Positions 23,200-36,500 of a stretch of DNA of 64,000 nucleotides are shown here, piece by piece. This DNA comes from the human T2T-CHM13v2.0 reference genome, Homo sapiens. The notes under the pieces were generated by a model. That model did no database searches, had not been told where the DNA came from, and was given only the letters and a program-made list of their open reading frames with translations. How positions within the stretch are numbered: the stretch's first letter is position 1; each line of letters opens with the position of its first letter. The DNA lies in the NCBI RefSeq assembly GCF_009914755.1, contig NC_060931.1. One strand, 5' to 3'. A program made the translations under genes and the position numbers.

Positions 23200-26100
23200 T
23201 CTATTACACAAAATTGTCATTCAATAATGACATAAATAATATAAAATCGTTCATATAAATAATACAAGACCAGAAAGTAATAAGTTGGAAACAGAAAAAA
23301 ATAAAATAACTAATAAATGAGTAAACATTAAAGCTCTTTCTTTGGAAAAATCAACAAGAAAAACCTTTATTATACATTAAAAAATAATAAGTGTGATGAA
23401 TGGAGAATGTGCAGTATAAGAAGTAAGAATATCAAGCATTAAATAATTAAGCAAAGAGAGAAATTATACATAAACATATTTACTCCAAAATGCAACTCCA
23501 TAATTATTTACTTTACTTATTATTGAACTAAATATATTGGTAGTATGAAGTATAAAAAATCCAATTTCCATGGAAAAAATAGTGAGAAATTTTAATTATT
23601 TGTCCCTTAAATTTTTTTTTTTTTGGTTTGTTTCCACCTAGGTTTTAAAGGGGATATAATCATACTACTAAGAAAACTGTTCAAAAAAATAAAAACATTT
23701 TAAATCGTTTGTTGATGTGAGCATATTGATATGAAAACTTGTAGCCATTGCTTAAAAATGAAACTCAATTCTCATTTTTAACTATCAATGTAAAAATGGT
23801 AAATAAAATATCATCAAACAAAATCTAATAATGTATGTACCACATTATAACCAAGTAGGATTTATTCCAGAAATTCAACCCAAATATATCAAGCAGATTT
23901 TGTGAACACAATTCTTAGAAGAAATAAAAATAGCCTTGCATTTGTTAGATTTGAGCTTGGACGTGTGCACAATTGGAAAGACTGTCAGTACCACCCTAAG
24001 GGCAGGAAAAAAGATGGAAAACTGCAAAGTAACCAAGTTTTTGAGCCCATTGGAAAATTAAGGTAGAAAGATAAACCACTAACTCTAAATCTGGAACGAG
24101 ACTGGCAGCTGCAGAGAATGAAAACTTGAGCAACTGCCTATGGGGATAGATGCCTCAGTGTGGTGTTAGCCAGCAAGAAGGCTCAGCTAGAAATATTCAA
24201 TGACTTGCCATAGGTTTAGAGAGCTAGTATGAGAATGGAAGCTTCTAGGGGCTACAAACGTATTATGGTTTGCAACTTCTTGCAGACTTTTCCCCCAGGA
24301 GTCCCACAAGCTGTTCCCAGGAAAGAATAAATGGAGAGAAAACACTCCCATCATGGCACTGCAGGGAGAGCACCAGCCACCGCTGAGTTAGTTCTCCTTC
24401 CTGCAGTGTGGGTTGGCCTGGTGATTCACTTCTAGTACATAGAGTATGAATCAGTAAAGTAGCAGCTTTGTGCTACAGAAACCTGGCAGACACCACCCTA
24501 ACCAAATGTTCATTATTAACATCCCTAATAATGTCATGTTGATATCATGTACCCCATGATAAGAAAAGCACTTTCCCTTTGTCACCTTTTTGCCTAAAAT
24601 ACATAAGCCCAGTCTAACCATAAGACAACACCAGAAACAAACCCAAATCAAGGAATATTCTACAAAATACTTGCCCAGTACATTTCAGAAGCGTCAAACA
24701 AGGAAAAACAATGAAAAGCTAAAACATCTCCATTTGGCAAAAACTAAAGAAACAGGAAGATTAAATGCAATATGGTATCTTGGAAAGGATCCTGAAACAG
24801 AGAAAATAACTTAAAGGAAAATACAGCAAAATCCAAATAATGTTTGTCTTTTAGTTAATAGTATTATATCAATACTAATACCTTTGATAAATTAACCACG
24901 ATTATTTAAAATAACATTAAAGGAAGCTGGATACAAAGTGTAATTGAACTCTCTTTACTCTCCTTACCACTACTTTGTGAGTCTAAGATAATTTTTAAAA
25001 CTAAAAGTGAACATGATTGCCTTGACAATATGGAATAATTCTCAAACTCAGTTATTGTGGAAGAGATACAAGTTAAAATTACACTGAAATAACAATCATC
25101 ATCAACTGGCAAAAATAAAAACCTGATAGCAGGTAATATGTACTTAGGTTGTGTAGAAACTGGCACTATCATATATTTCTGGTAAGAATGTGAAATTGTA
25201 CATTCTTTATGGAAAATACATTGGTGATATCTGGAAAAATGGCATATATATTTACCTCTTATAACTCTTACTTCTAGACATTTATAACAATGCATACTGA
25301 ACAAAAGTAATAGTTTCTGTTATAACTTTATTTGTAATAGCAAAAATTGGAAGCACATCAAGTGTCCATGAAAATAAAATTGATTGTGTAAATAGAACCA
25401 TGCAATGGTATATTATGCATCTATTAAAAAGGATGAGAAGAATCTGATATGAACTCTTGGACACTAGAGCACTGAATTTTATTCAATTAAAGAGGGTAAG
25501 AACTCTATAAAGGATACTATATTTTGTAACTGTAGATGAAAGAGGATGGGGGATAGGATGGTAGAATGGAAAGAGAGTATAGACTTCCAATAGAAAATCT
25601 GGGGTCAAATGAATAAATATTACTTTATTAGCTTATAATAAGCTAATAAACTTAATTACTTCCAAATATGGAAAGGAAACCATTTATTAGTAATTTTATT
25701 TATTACTTTATTAGTGCTTATAATAAATAATAAATAAAATATTTTTATATATTATATATAATATTTATATAATTATACATGGACTATATCAAATAATATA
25801 ATTTATAATATAATAAAGTAAGAAATAGAATTTAGAAAGAGGAAAATAGAAGGCACAGAGATGAAGGGGAGACTTCTCTAAAATATTTTGTTAAATAATG
25901 TTGACTTGAAAATCCTTTAATTTTTTTACACATATAAAAAATAAAATTTAAGAAGAAATGACATATGTTATTAAATATTAGAAGAATGCTGAAACTAATC
26001 TAAATATATATTTTTGTGATAACACAATCATGAAGATAAATTAAATTTCAGGAAACAACATTTTGATTATATATCTTTGGTGGAATATAAGCTATGGGTA

Positions 26101-26700
26101 CAAAGAAATCCTAAGCTTTAATTAATAAGCTTACAATAATATTAGTTTTCTTATTCTAAAACCACTTTATTTATATGGTAGAAAAATGCAGATAATTAAT
26201 ATGCTATTCTTGTCAGGAACCAATATTTTCGGTGTAAGAGAAAAAAGAAAGCAGCACAAAACAATGAAATTAAGTAAAACCTATATATGTAAACTTTTCA
26301 TTAAAAATACTAATATGGACCTATGTTTTATTTTATAATACACATTTTTCTAGCTATGTCTGATGAAGTATAGTGACCATGACAACCCAATGGCAAAAAT
26401 CATAACTAGTGACAAGTTCACGGCCTCTAAATAGCATTTCCTCAATCAAGAGCACAGACAGAATACTTTGGATAAATGATTAATTCTATATCTGGAGCAG
26501 AAAATATATGAGATCAACTGTGGTTACCTTACTATTCAAGAAAGGTAGAAGGCTATCAAAGATGAATAAGGTCACGAAAAAACAACACAGGATTCAACAT
26601 AAGGGTCCCATTAGAATGGAAATTTTGTGCATAAAAATATTAATAATGATGAATGCCCTTGTGAAAGGTTAAATGCATGAATAACCTATGAGGAGTTTAG
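23200..26700 (+). mobile_element. Mosaic of ancient L1M (L1MC/L1ME-type) fragments
   Basis: A-rich L1-like sequence; ORF2-like 'accaagtaggatttattccagaaat'; L1MC-type 3'UTR 24390-25010 ('agaaacctggcagacaccacc..aacca'); ORF2-end-like sequence 25010-25500. Confidence 0.65.
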
Positions 26701-26709
26701 CATGGCATT

Positions 26710-26864
26710 AAAGAAGAAAAAGAAAAAAAGAAAGGAAGAGAGAGAAGGAGAAGGGAAGGAAGGAAGGAAAGAAGGAAAGAAGGAAGGAAGGGAGGGAGGG
26801 AGAGACGGAGGGAGGGAGGGAAGGAGGGAGGAAGGAAGGGAGGAAGGAAGGAAGGAAGGAAGGA
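26710..26864. repeat. Polypurine (GGAA/GGGA/GAAA)n tract
   Basis: 155 nt of A/G with a single C at 26806. Confidence 0.95.
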
Positions 26865-26869
26865 CACTA

Positions 26870-27412
26870 TGTTGGTTTTAAAATGTGTCCACAGTACTTT
26901 CCTCTCTTTAAGAGGTGAGGCCTAATTTCTCTTCCCTTGAGTGTTGACTAGGCTCAGTGACTCACTCGAAATGAAAAATTTAGAGCAGAAGTGGCGGTGT
27001 ATGACTTTGGAGACTAGTCATGGAAGGTACAGGTGCTTCCTCCTTGCTCACTTTCTCTTTGGGATTCTTCACTCTGGGAGAAGGAAGCCATTATCTGATG
27101 AGCAGCCCTGCAAACAGCCTCCTGTGGCAAGGACCCAAGGCCTCCTGCCAACAGCCAGCAAGGAGCAGAGGCCTTCAGGCAATAGCCATGAGCTTTCTTG
27201 AAAGAAGTTTCTCCACTCCCAACCAAATCAACTGATTATGCCAGGCCTGGCCCACAGCTTGGCTGTAACCTCATGAGAGCTCCTGAGCCAAAACCTTCAG
27301 TGAAGCTGCTCCCAGCTACCTAACACTCAGAAATTGTATGACATAATAAATGTTTATTGTTTTAAGCTGCCATGTTTAGAGATAATTTGCTATACAGAAA
27401 TAGATAATAAAT
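26870..27412 (+). mobile_element. MLT1F/G-like MaLR solo LTR
   Basis: 5' 'tgttggttttaaaatgtgtccaca...cccttgagt..gtgactcact'; 3' 'ataataaatgtttattgttttaagctgc...taatttgcta..cagaaatagataa'. Confidence 0.8.
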
Positions 27413-28192
27413 GGAGATACAGTTGGAAGCAACTAAGGCACGGAGTCCTCACTCATAAAACTAGTCTCAATAGGAATGATTGAGGCTTTGTTTTACAGTT
27501 CAAGTATGAACTATATTTCTGGATAATCAAAGACCAAATTGATAAGGAAAAGTTTCTTTTTACAGAAGCATTTCAATTAACAAATATGGAAAGAAGGAAA
27601 CCATTAGAAAATCACATTTTGCAAGCCCTAGGGTAAATGATTGATTTAGGCAACTATCAGTAACAAGTGCCAACGTTAGATTAGATGAGAAAATTTTCAA
27701 TGGAGGCACTATTGCTGTCACCAAATGAGCCTACTGATTAGTTTCAGCATAACAACTACATTGATGTGTGGCCTGTATTTTCTTCTTGTTCTAACCAACC
27801 AACCAACAGAAAAAGCCATTATTTGACAAAATCAGTGAAATAGGAATATAGTATGCGATAATACCGAGGAATTACTAATAATATTATAAGGTATGAACAT
27901 GACATTGTGTTTACACAAGAAATGCCCATATTTTTATAGATGCAGATTAAGTATGTATGCATGAAATGATATGATATCTTGAATGTCTTTTAAAGTAAAG
28001 AAGCAAAGAGATAAATCTAATCTATATTGAGACACACACGGGTAGGCATACCTGTTGTTAAAATTATGTATAAAATTTAATACAGAATTATCACCAAATT
28101 CAAGAGAGTTTTTACCACTCATACAGGGGTCTATGGAACTATGAACACAAAGTAGTATCTCAGGGCTTCTGGAGCACTGGTCTGTTTCTTAG

Positions 28193-28547
28193 AGTATTAG
28201 TCTGTCCTCAGGCTAATAAAGACATACCCAAGATGGGTAATTGAGTAAGGAAAGAGGTTTAATTGACTCACAGTTCCACATGGCTGGGGAGGCCTCACAA
28301 TCATGGTGGAAGGCAAATGAAGAGCAAAGGGACATCTTGCATGACAGCAGGCAAGAGAGCTGCGTAGAGGAACTCCCATTTATAAACCACCAGATTTGGA
28401 GAGACTTCACTGTCACAAGAACAGCACAAGAAAGACCTGTCCCCATGATTCAATTACCTCCCACTGGGTCCCTCCCATGACACATAGGAATTATGGGGGC
28501 TACAATTCAATATGACATTTGAGTGGGGACATGGCCAAACCATATCA
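28193..28547 (-). mobile_element. THE1B solo LTR
   Basis: (A)GTATTAGTCTG...CCAAACCATATCA termini; 5-bp TSD cttag / gttag. Confidence 0.9.
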
Positions 28548-28843
28548 GTTAGCCTGCATTATCTGGCCATTTAATATATATTTGTTTGTTATATGCTACT
28601 TAGAGGTTTTACATACAATCTTCTATGTGGGCTCTAGTTTATAATAAAACTAAAAATGAAAACCTGTATTTGGTTATGAAACATAATTTGGACTGATGGT
28701 AAGATGTTAGTAAGAATTAAACTTTTCTTAGCAAGGAGTGAATCTATACTCTCCACATTTGAAAAATGAAGAAATAGGTTATTTAGGATTTGAATTTCCA
28801 ATTGTAATATTAAGAACATACAAAACCAAAAATATAAATAGTT

Positions 28844-29106
28844 CACTTTGGGAGGCTGAGGCGGGCGGATCATGAGGTCAGGAGATCAAGACCATCCTGG
28901 CTTACACGGTGAAACCCCATCTCTACTAAAAAAACACACAAAAAATTAGCTGGGCGTGGTGACGGGCACCTGTAATCCCAGCTACTCGGGAGGCTGAGGC
29001 AGGAGAATGGCGTGAACCCAGGAGGCGGAGCTTGCAGCGAGCCGAGATCGAGCCACCGTACTCCAGCCTGGGCGACAGAGCTAGACTCCGTCTCAAAAAA
29101 ATATAT
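28844..29106 (+). mobile_element. AluY, 5'-truncated
   Basis: AluY diagnostics ('ggagatcaagaccatcctggc', 'gaatggcgtgaaccc', 'gagcttgcag'); TSD atataaatagtt at 28832-28843 / 29107-29118. Confidence 0.93.
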
Positions 29107-29420
29107 ATATAAATAGTTTAAAATATTTACTTCTGACTAGTGAATCTAGGAGAGAATGAGACTTTTTATTTACCACTTTCCTGTAATGTTGTAATTTTTT
29201 TTTGTCCTGTATGTAATTTTTCTTTTTATAAATAAACAAAAACACTCACAAGGTAAAGATAGGAAGAGACTCCAGAGGATCTGTCGTGGCAAGCCAGTGA
29301 AGCTTTACGATTGTAGCACCAGCCCACATGTGGTGTCTACCTGGGTTATAGATAACATTACCAGGATCATCCTCTCCACCTGAGACTTCGTCCATTTCCT
29401 TGTTCTTGCCACAATCCTGA

Positions 29421-29997
<577 letters not shown>

Positions 29998-30304
29998 TGA
30001 GAATAACAAAAATAAATAAACAAAAATAAATCAACACAAACTTCCTGGGCCACACAGGCTTTTCTGCTTGGCTATTTTATGTTTCTTAGTAATCAGTTAA
30101 AGAATGAATTAATCTATAGGTAAGAAATAAATAAGCAAACACAAACTTATGTTGTATTATGGAAGCTTATTTAAGAAAGACATGGTTACTTCAATTGAAG
30201 CCCCCATCTCTAGGGAAAATTGATAGCTGTTTATTTCATTATTGTCACAAAACTTAATAGGTCACTGGTTTTTGAGATCATTACATTACACAGCACTGAT
30301 ACAA

Positions 30305-30752
30305 TGAAATATCTTTTATCTGGAGAATGCAAGTCTTTTTAATTATTAGGCCCAGAGAAGCATTAAAATGAGACAGTAATCTTACTTTCCCCTTGAGCAA
30401 TATATTCTTCTCTTGAAACCGCTTGCTATTATTGTCACAAATAGCTATAAATTAACTTAATACTGCCACACTGGACACTATAATCCCCACCCTGTGGCTT
30501 AACAATGTAGAACCAATCCGTAATCGGGGTTATTTCTGTAAATCAATGAGAATTCCTGGCAAATAGCTTTGTATCAGCCCATTATTCATCCCCCTTTTTT
30601 GCTTTTAAAAAACCAACTTGTAACTGCTGCTAGTCAGAGTGTGTATTCAGGGCAACTTGAACCTATGCTCCCGATTGCAATCTTTACACTTGGCCCAAAT
30701 AAACTCTCTAGTTATATTAATTTTGCCTCAGCTTCTTCCTTTTAGGTCGACA
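30305..30752 (+). mobile_element. ERV1 solo LTR (MER34/MER4-group; subfamily and 5' boundary uncertain)
   Basis: 3' end 'cccaaataaactctcta..tattaattttgcctcagcttcttccttttaggtcgaca' is typical of this LTR group. Confidence 0.7.
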
Positions 30753-30949
30753 GAACCTTAGTATAAAATTACGTCTTCCTGATTTATCCAAGAAATAGTG
30801 TTGAGGAATTGTTAACTATTTAGGAAAAATATTTATATAACATTGAAATGTTCATTTTATGTTAAAAATTACTGAAATAATAATACCTAAAGTGAAAGTT
30901 CCCCATGCTTAAAGAAAAGCACAGCTGTAGTTTAAAAATTAGTATTTAC

Positions 30950-31078
30950 TTATATATTTTTTGAGACGGCATCTCACCATGTTGCCCAGCCTGGTCTAGA
31001 ACTCCTGAGTTCAAGCTATTCTCCTGCCTCAGCCTAGTGAGTAGCTGGGATTACAGATATGAGCCACCATGCCTGGCT
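30950..31078 (-). mobile_element. FLAM (free left Alu monomer)
   Basis: T tail followed by a single monomer 'gagacggcatctcaccatgttgcccag...gagccaccatgcctggc'. Confidence 0.88.
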
Positions 31079-31083
31079 CAAAC

Positions 31084-31903
31084 TGATATGGGAATGGGGC
31101 AGGGAAGTGCTGGGTAGAAAAAGGTGGGGTCCCTGGTGAGGGCTCTACCCTCAGGCCTGTGCCCATGGACCTAGGTGAGGACAGGCATTCCTGTTTTTGC
31201 GCCCAAATATTCCATTTTCTAAGACCACCCTTGTCCTCCAAGCCCCCATCCTGTGCATATAATATTCCTGAGACCCTAGTGGGCACAGATAAAAGTGGCT
31301 GGATGTCCAGAGGAACACACCGGCAGAAGAACACACCCGCTGCTGGACGTCGAGAGGATCAGAAGAGCACACCGACAGGCACTAGCAAACGCTTACAGGC
31401 CATCCATGGTGGGACGACGTGGATCTGGGCCAGGGGCAGTTGGAGGAGAGTCCAGCCACTGGGCGGCTAGACTCCAGGGAAGACCACCTTCCCACCCCAT
31501 CTGCCTTCTGGCCTCCTCATTCACCTTGTTGAGACGTGCCTCCACTCAATAAAATCTTGCACCCATCCTCCAAGCCCATTTGTGATCCGATTTTTCCGGT
31601 GAAACACTAAGGCTAGAACGCAGGATACAGAAAGCCCTCTGTCCTTGCATAAGGTCTGATTGAGCTGATTAACACAAGCTGCCTGTGGACAGCTAAGCTG
31701 AAAGAGTGCACTGTAACACACTCCCACTGGGGCTTTGGGAGCTGTAAACACTCAACCCTGGATGTTGCCGTGGGGTCGGTGCTCCCCACGACCCGCCTGT
31801 CTGCATGCTCCTCCTAGGGATATGAGCAGCAGGGCACCAAAGAAGCGTGCCACACCCCCATTGCATGCCCTGCAAGGGGGATAAGGGAACTTTTCCCATT
31901 TCA
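31084..31903 (+). mobile_element. LTR1 (HUERS-P2 family) solo LTR
   Basis: Starts TGATATGGGAATGGGGCAGGGAAGTGCTGGGTAG, AATAAA at ~31548, ends GGAACTTTTCCCATTTCA; 4-bp TSD aaac / acac. Confidence 0.88.
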
Positions 31904-32089
31904 ACACATTAGTATTTATTAAATCTACTTTGAAATTGTTTTTACAGCATTGTTTTATCCTCCAGAGCAAAAAAAAAAAGGGGGGGTAGGTTAAAGGTTT
32001 CGAAAAAAGAGCTAAATTATTATTATTATTCAATCTGGGAAAACTATAGAAACTCTCATTTTTAAATGAGAAAGTGTTCTGTATTTGTA

Positions 32090-32335
32090 AAACTAAGTGA
32101 AGAATAAAGACAAATCTACAGAGACAGAAAGCAGATTAGTGGTGCCTGGGACTGGAGATAGTAATGGGGACTGATGAGAAACAGGCATGAGGAGTGCTTT
32201 GAGGGTGATGAAAATAGTTTACTACTGCACTGTGACAACAGTGGAACAACTATGAGAACTTATAGATGTGATTGAATCCTACACTTCTAACAGGTGAATT
32301 TTATGGTATGTAGTTATAGCTCAATAAAGCAGCTT
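32090..32335 (+). mobile_element. Old L1 (L1MB/L1ME) 3' end
   Basis: 'aaatctacagagacagaaagcagattagtggt...ggtgaattttatggtatgt..tatagctcaataaagc'. Confidence 0.8.
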
Positions 32336-33354
32336 AAATTAATTAGCTGTTTAATAAAATGATTCAAGTTTCAGCTCTGACACATAAAGAGCTTAGAAGT
32401 CATCATCATCATACTTACAACAAAGAAAAAGCTGGAAAACAGAACATTAATAATCTCTCTTGTGCCTATCCAAAACCCGAGCTTCTAGGGCAAAGTTAAA
32501 TCCCCAAATCCTTTGAGGCAGGCACATCCAGAGAGGTAGAAGTGTAAAGTGCTTACCTGTATTAGAAGGCAATGAAGACATAAGCTGGAAGAAACACTTA
32601 AATAGTGACAAATTTGACTAGTGTCAGAGTGAGACAGTCCAGGAGCCATAGTATTAGGGGAGGGCATGTTTGCATAGGCTTTTCCTCCTGGTACTCTATT
32701 TGACTCTCTTGGGGAGGATCCAGAAAATACCTTCTTGTGATTTTGGCAGAGGGAAGGGAGGAGTAGCCATTGGAAGTACACTCAGAGCCTTCTCTATGAC
32801 CTAGACTGATTTGAATTTTGCTAAAGCTTTGTCTCAGCTGGGAAAAGAAAGTCCTCCCCACCAGGGTTCAGGGATTCCAGGAAATAAATTAGAAATATGC
32901 AGCAGGGATGGTAATAGGGATCAGGTAGAGGGAAAGCTGTACCACTGCAGAAACACTTGGGAAGGTTACACTCCAAGATTCAAATCAACTGTAAGACTGA
33001 AATCTAATCAGATAATTACAGAATACTCCCTCTCCTACAGACCTTACCACCACATCACACCTTATTATTGTACCAACAAAATCCAATGTAATAAAAATAG
33101 ATTACATCGGGAACTGAAAGACACAAACCGTATCTGAGAACTGTATAGGTAAGCCCAAAGAGAAGAGGGGAGAAAAACACAAGGATACTGGGAAAGTTTA
33201 AAGCCTCTGGTACCTAAAACTACAGGAAACATCAAATACAGCCAACTCTTAGCCAGATTAGCAAAAATCCTGACAGTAAATTCTTATGGGGTTCCTATTG
33301 CCCAATACAACATGTCCAACTTTCAACAATACAGTATAAAGCATACCAAAAGAC

Positions 33355-33554
33355 AACTGAAACTAGCATGTTTGAGAAAGTTAGCTATTCTCTCTCTTTT
33401 CTGATTTCTCAAATCAGGTAACATCTTAGTTTTGGTTTGGTGGCATGACACTTTAGCATGAGTGACTCCATTTTGGTTTTTTGTCTGGTCTGTTGAGGCA
33501 TAGTACAGGAGCTTAGTCCAAAACATTACCCTTCTATAAATTTTTTATTTAACA
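33355..33554 (-). mobile_element. MER31-like ERV1 LTR, 5' ~200 bp only
   Basis: Reverse complement begins TGTTAAATAAAA..TTTATAG..GTTTTGGACTAAGCTCCTG..CAACAGACCAGAC..CCAAAATGGAGTCACTCATGCT. Confidence 0.75.
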
Positions 33555-36500
33555 GAGCTCCAATGAGGAAAGTAGACAATATCCAAGAATAGATAGGTAA
33601 AGTAAGCAGAGAGATGGATGCTCCAAGAAGGAATTGCAAGGAAATGTTATAAATCAAACATTATAACAGAAATTTAAAAATGGCTTTAATGAACTCACCA
33701 GTAGACTCAACACAGCCAAGAAAAGATATAGATGAAATATTTGAAGGAATTATGTCTACTAAATTCCCAGAGTCAATGATAGACAACCACAGATTCAGGA
33801 AAGTCTGAGAACATGAAGCAGTATAAATACTACAAATAAAACAAAACAAACAAAATGAACAACATAGGCATATCTTATTCAAACTGCAGAAAGCCAAAGA
33901 CAATGTGAAAACCTTAAAAGAATACAGAGGAGAGGTTGGGGAAAAGCTCCCATACAGAAACAAGGAGAAGAATAAAAACAGACTTCTCAGAATCCATGCA
34001 TTAAAAAAAGATAATGAAGTAAACTTTTAAGGTGTCAAAAGATTGAAAACCACCAACATAACGTTCTATATCCACGATTATTCTACAAGAGTGAAAGAGA
34101 AATAAAGATTTTCTCAGACAGGCATAAACTGAAGTAATTCACAGACAATAAATTTGCCCTTTTAGAAATGTTAAGAGAATTTCCTCAGATGTAAGGAAAA
34201 TGATAGAGGTCAGAAACTAAGAAACACAGAGAAGGCATAAATGAAGGTAAAATAAAATATATTTAGAAGAAACATCTAAAACTATAGCTTAACCTTCCAC
34301 ATTAAGAAAATAAAGGAGAGCAAAGTAATCCAAAAGCAAGCGGAAGAAATAAAATAATAAAAACTACATCAGAAATCAATGAAACCAATAAGTTGGTGCA
34401 CAGTTCAAGAAAGACAAATATTAAAAACTCAATTGTTTTCCTATATACTGGAGTAAATAATTACAATTTAAAATGAAATAAAACATAAAGCAATTTATAA
34501 TCATATACATGAAGAAATAGGCATAAATTTAACAAAATATGTTCAGGGGTTCTTTGCATAAAACAAAGATGAAAGAATTCAAAGAAGATGTAAATAAATG
34601 GTGAGATATTTCATGTTCATGGATTGGAAAACATAATATTACCAAAATATTGACTCTTCCCAACTTGACTTATATTCTCAATGCAATGTCAATCAAAATA
34701 CCAGAAAGTTATTCTGTAGATACCGGCAAAATTCTTTTAAATTTATATGGCAAAGCAAAGGACATAGAACATCAAAAATAATAGTGAATAAGAACAACCA
34801 TATTGATGGATGTACACTACCCATTTGAAGGCTTATTATAAAGCTACCTCAAGACATCATGGTTTTGGAGAAACAATAGACAAATCAATAAATGAAATAG
34901 ACAAATCGATAAATATAATAGAGATTTCAGAAACAGTGAAAGGCAATTTAGTGAAAAAAGATAATTATTTCAATAATGTTATTGGAGAAATTGAATATTC
35001 ATATGCAAAAAAAATGAACCTAGACACACACCTTTCATCTTAAAAGAAAAAGGAACTAACTATGGATAATATACCTAAATGTAAATGCAAAATTATATAG
35101 AAAACAAAAAAGGAAATTTATGTGACCTAAGATTTGGTAACAAGTTTTTAGATATTACATCAAACCTAATCAATGAGAGAAAAAAAATTGAAAAATTGGA
35201 TTTAATTGAAATTAAAAACTTTTTTCTGTGGAAAAAAACTATTAAGAAAATAAAAAGACAAGCCACAAACAGAAAATATTTTCAAATATTATATCTGATA
35301 AAGTACTTGTATGTAAAATATAAAAATAACTCATAAAACTCAATATTAGCAAAACAAACCATTTTTTTAAATGAGGAGAAAAAAATCCCAGATACATTAG
35401 AAAATAAGATAGATGGGAAATAAGCATATAAATAATTTCCCAGCATTATTTGTCAAATAAATTAGAAATTAACACAATAGTAAGCACTACACACCTATTA
35501 GAATGACCAAAATCTATAAAACTGACAATACTAATTTCTAGTAAGGATACGCAGCAACAGAAACTTCCATGCATTGCTACTGGGAATAAAAAATGGTGCA
35601 GCCAAATGAAAAGATGTGCCTGTTTCTTACAAAGTTAGACATGATCTTACTATACAATCTAGCACTCACTCTCTTAGGTACTTACTCAATGACTTGAAAA
35701 CATATTCACAAAAAATTGTGCACATAAATGTTAACAGCAGCTGTATTCATAATCAGCTCAAACTAAATAAAACCAAAATGGCTTTTAACATGTGTAAAGA
35801 TCAAATGAGGTAACCCTAAAATTGAATACTATTCAGTCATAAACAGGAATGAGTTATCAAACCACATGAAGGCATGGATGAATCTTAAAAACCTATTGCT
35901 AACTACAAGAAGCCAGTCTGAAAAGGCTACATTCTGTATTATTTCATTGACATAACATGTGGAAAATATAAAATATGGAGTCAGGAGAAGATCAGTGTCT
36001 GCTAATTGATAAGAAGTGTTTACAGAGGATGTTTCAGGGTGGTGAAATGATTCAATATTACACTGTAACAGTGGGCACATGACACTATGTATTTATCAAA
36101 ATCCTTAGAACTTTGTATAAAGAATGAAACATGCATATTTCAAAAACATTCAGTGGATCCAGAAGGTAATGCAGAAGTTGACAGAATAATATAACTGTAT
36201 TATACATGTATAAAATAACCTCACTGAAGGAGGTTCTGACCTGGGTATCTCTGTAAATGTGTCGAGTCCATAAGATTAAAGGCAAAAAGGAACTGTACAT
36301 AAGCACTGTAATCTGGTTGACAAGATTATTTCCTACATAGGTATGGGTTAACTATTCAGATACCTCTATCAATATATAAGGGAATTGAATAATTAAGTAA
36401 ATGGAAGGCAGATGAGTGGGGCCAGGTTTCTCATTGTTGGAGTGAGACTTACAGATCATCCAGAGGAGGCCAGAATGATCCACATGGCAATAGATTCAAC

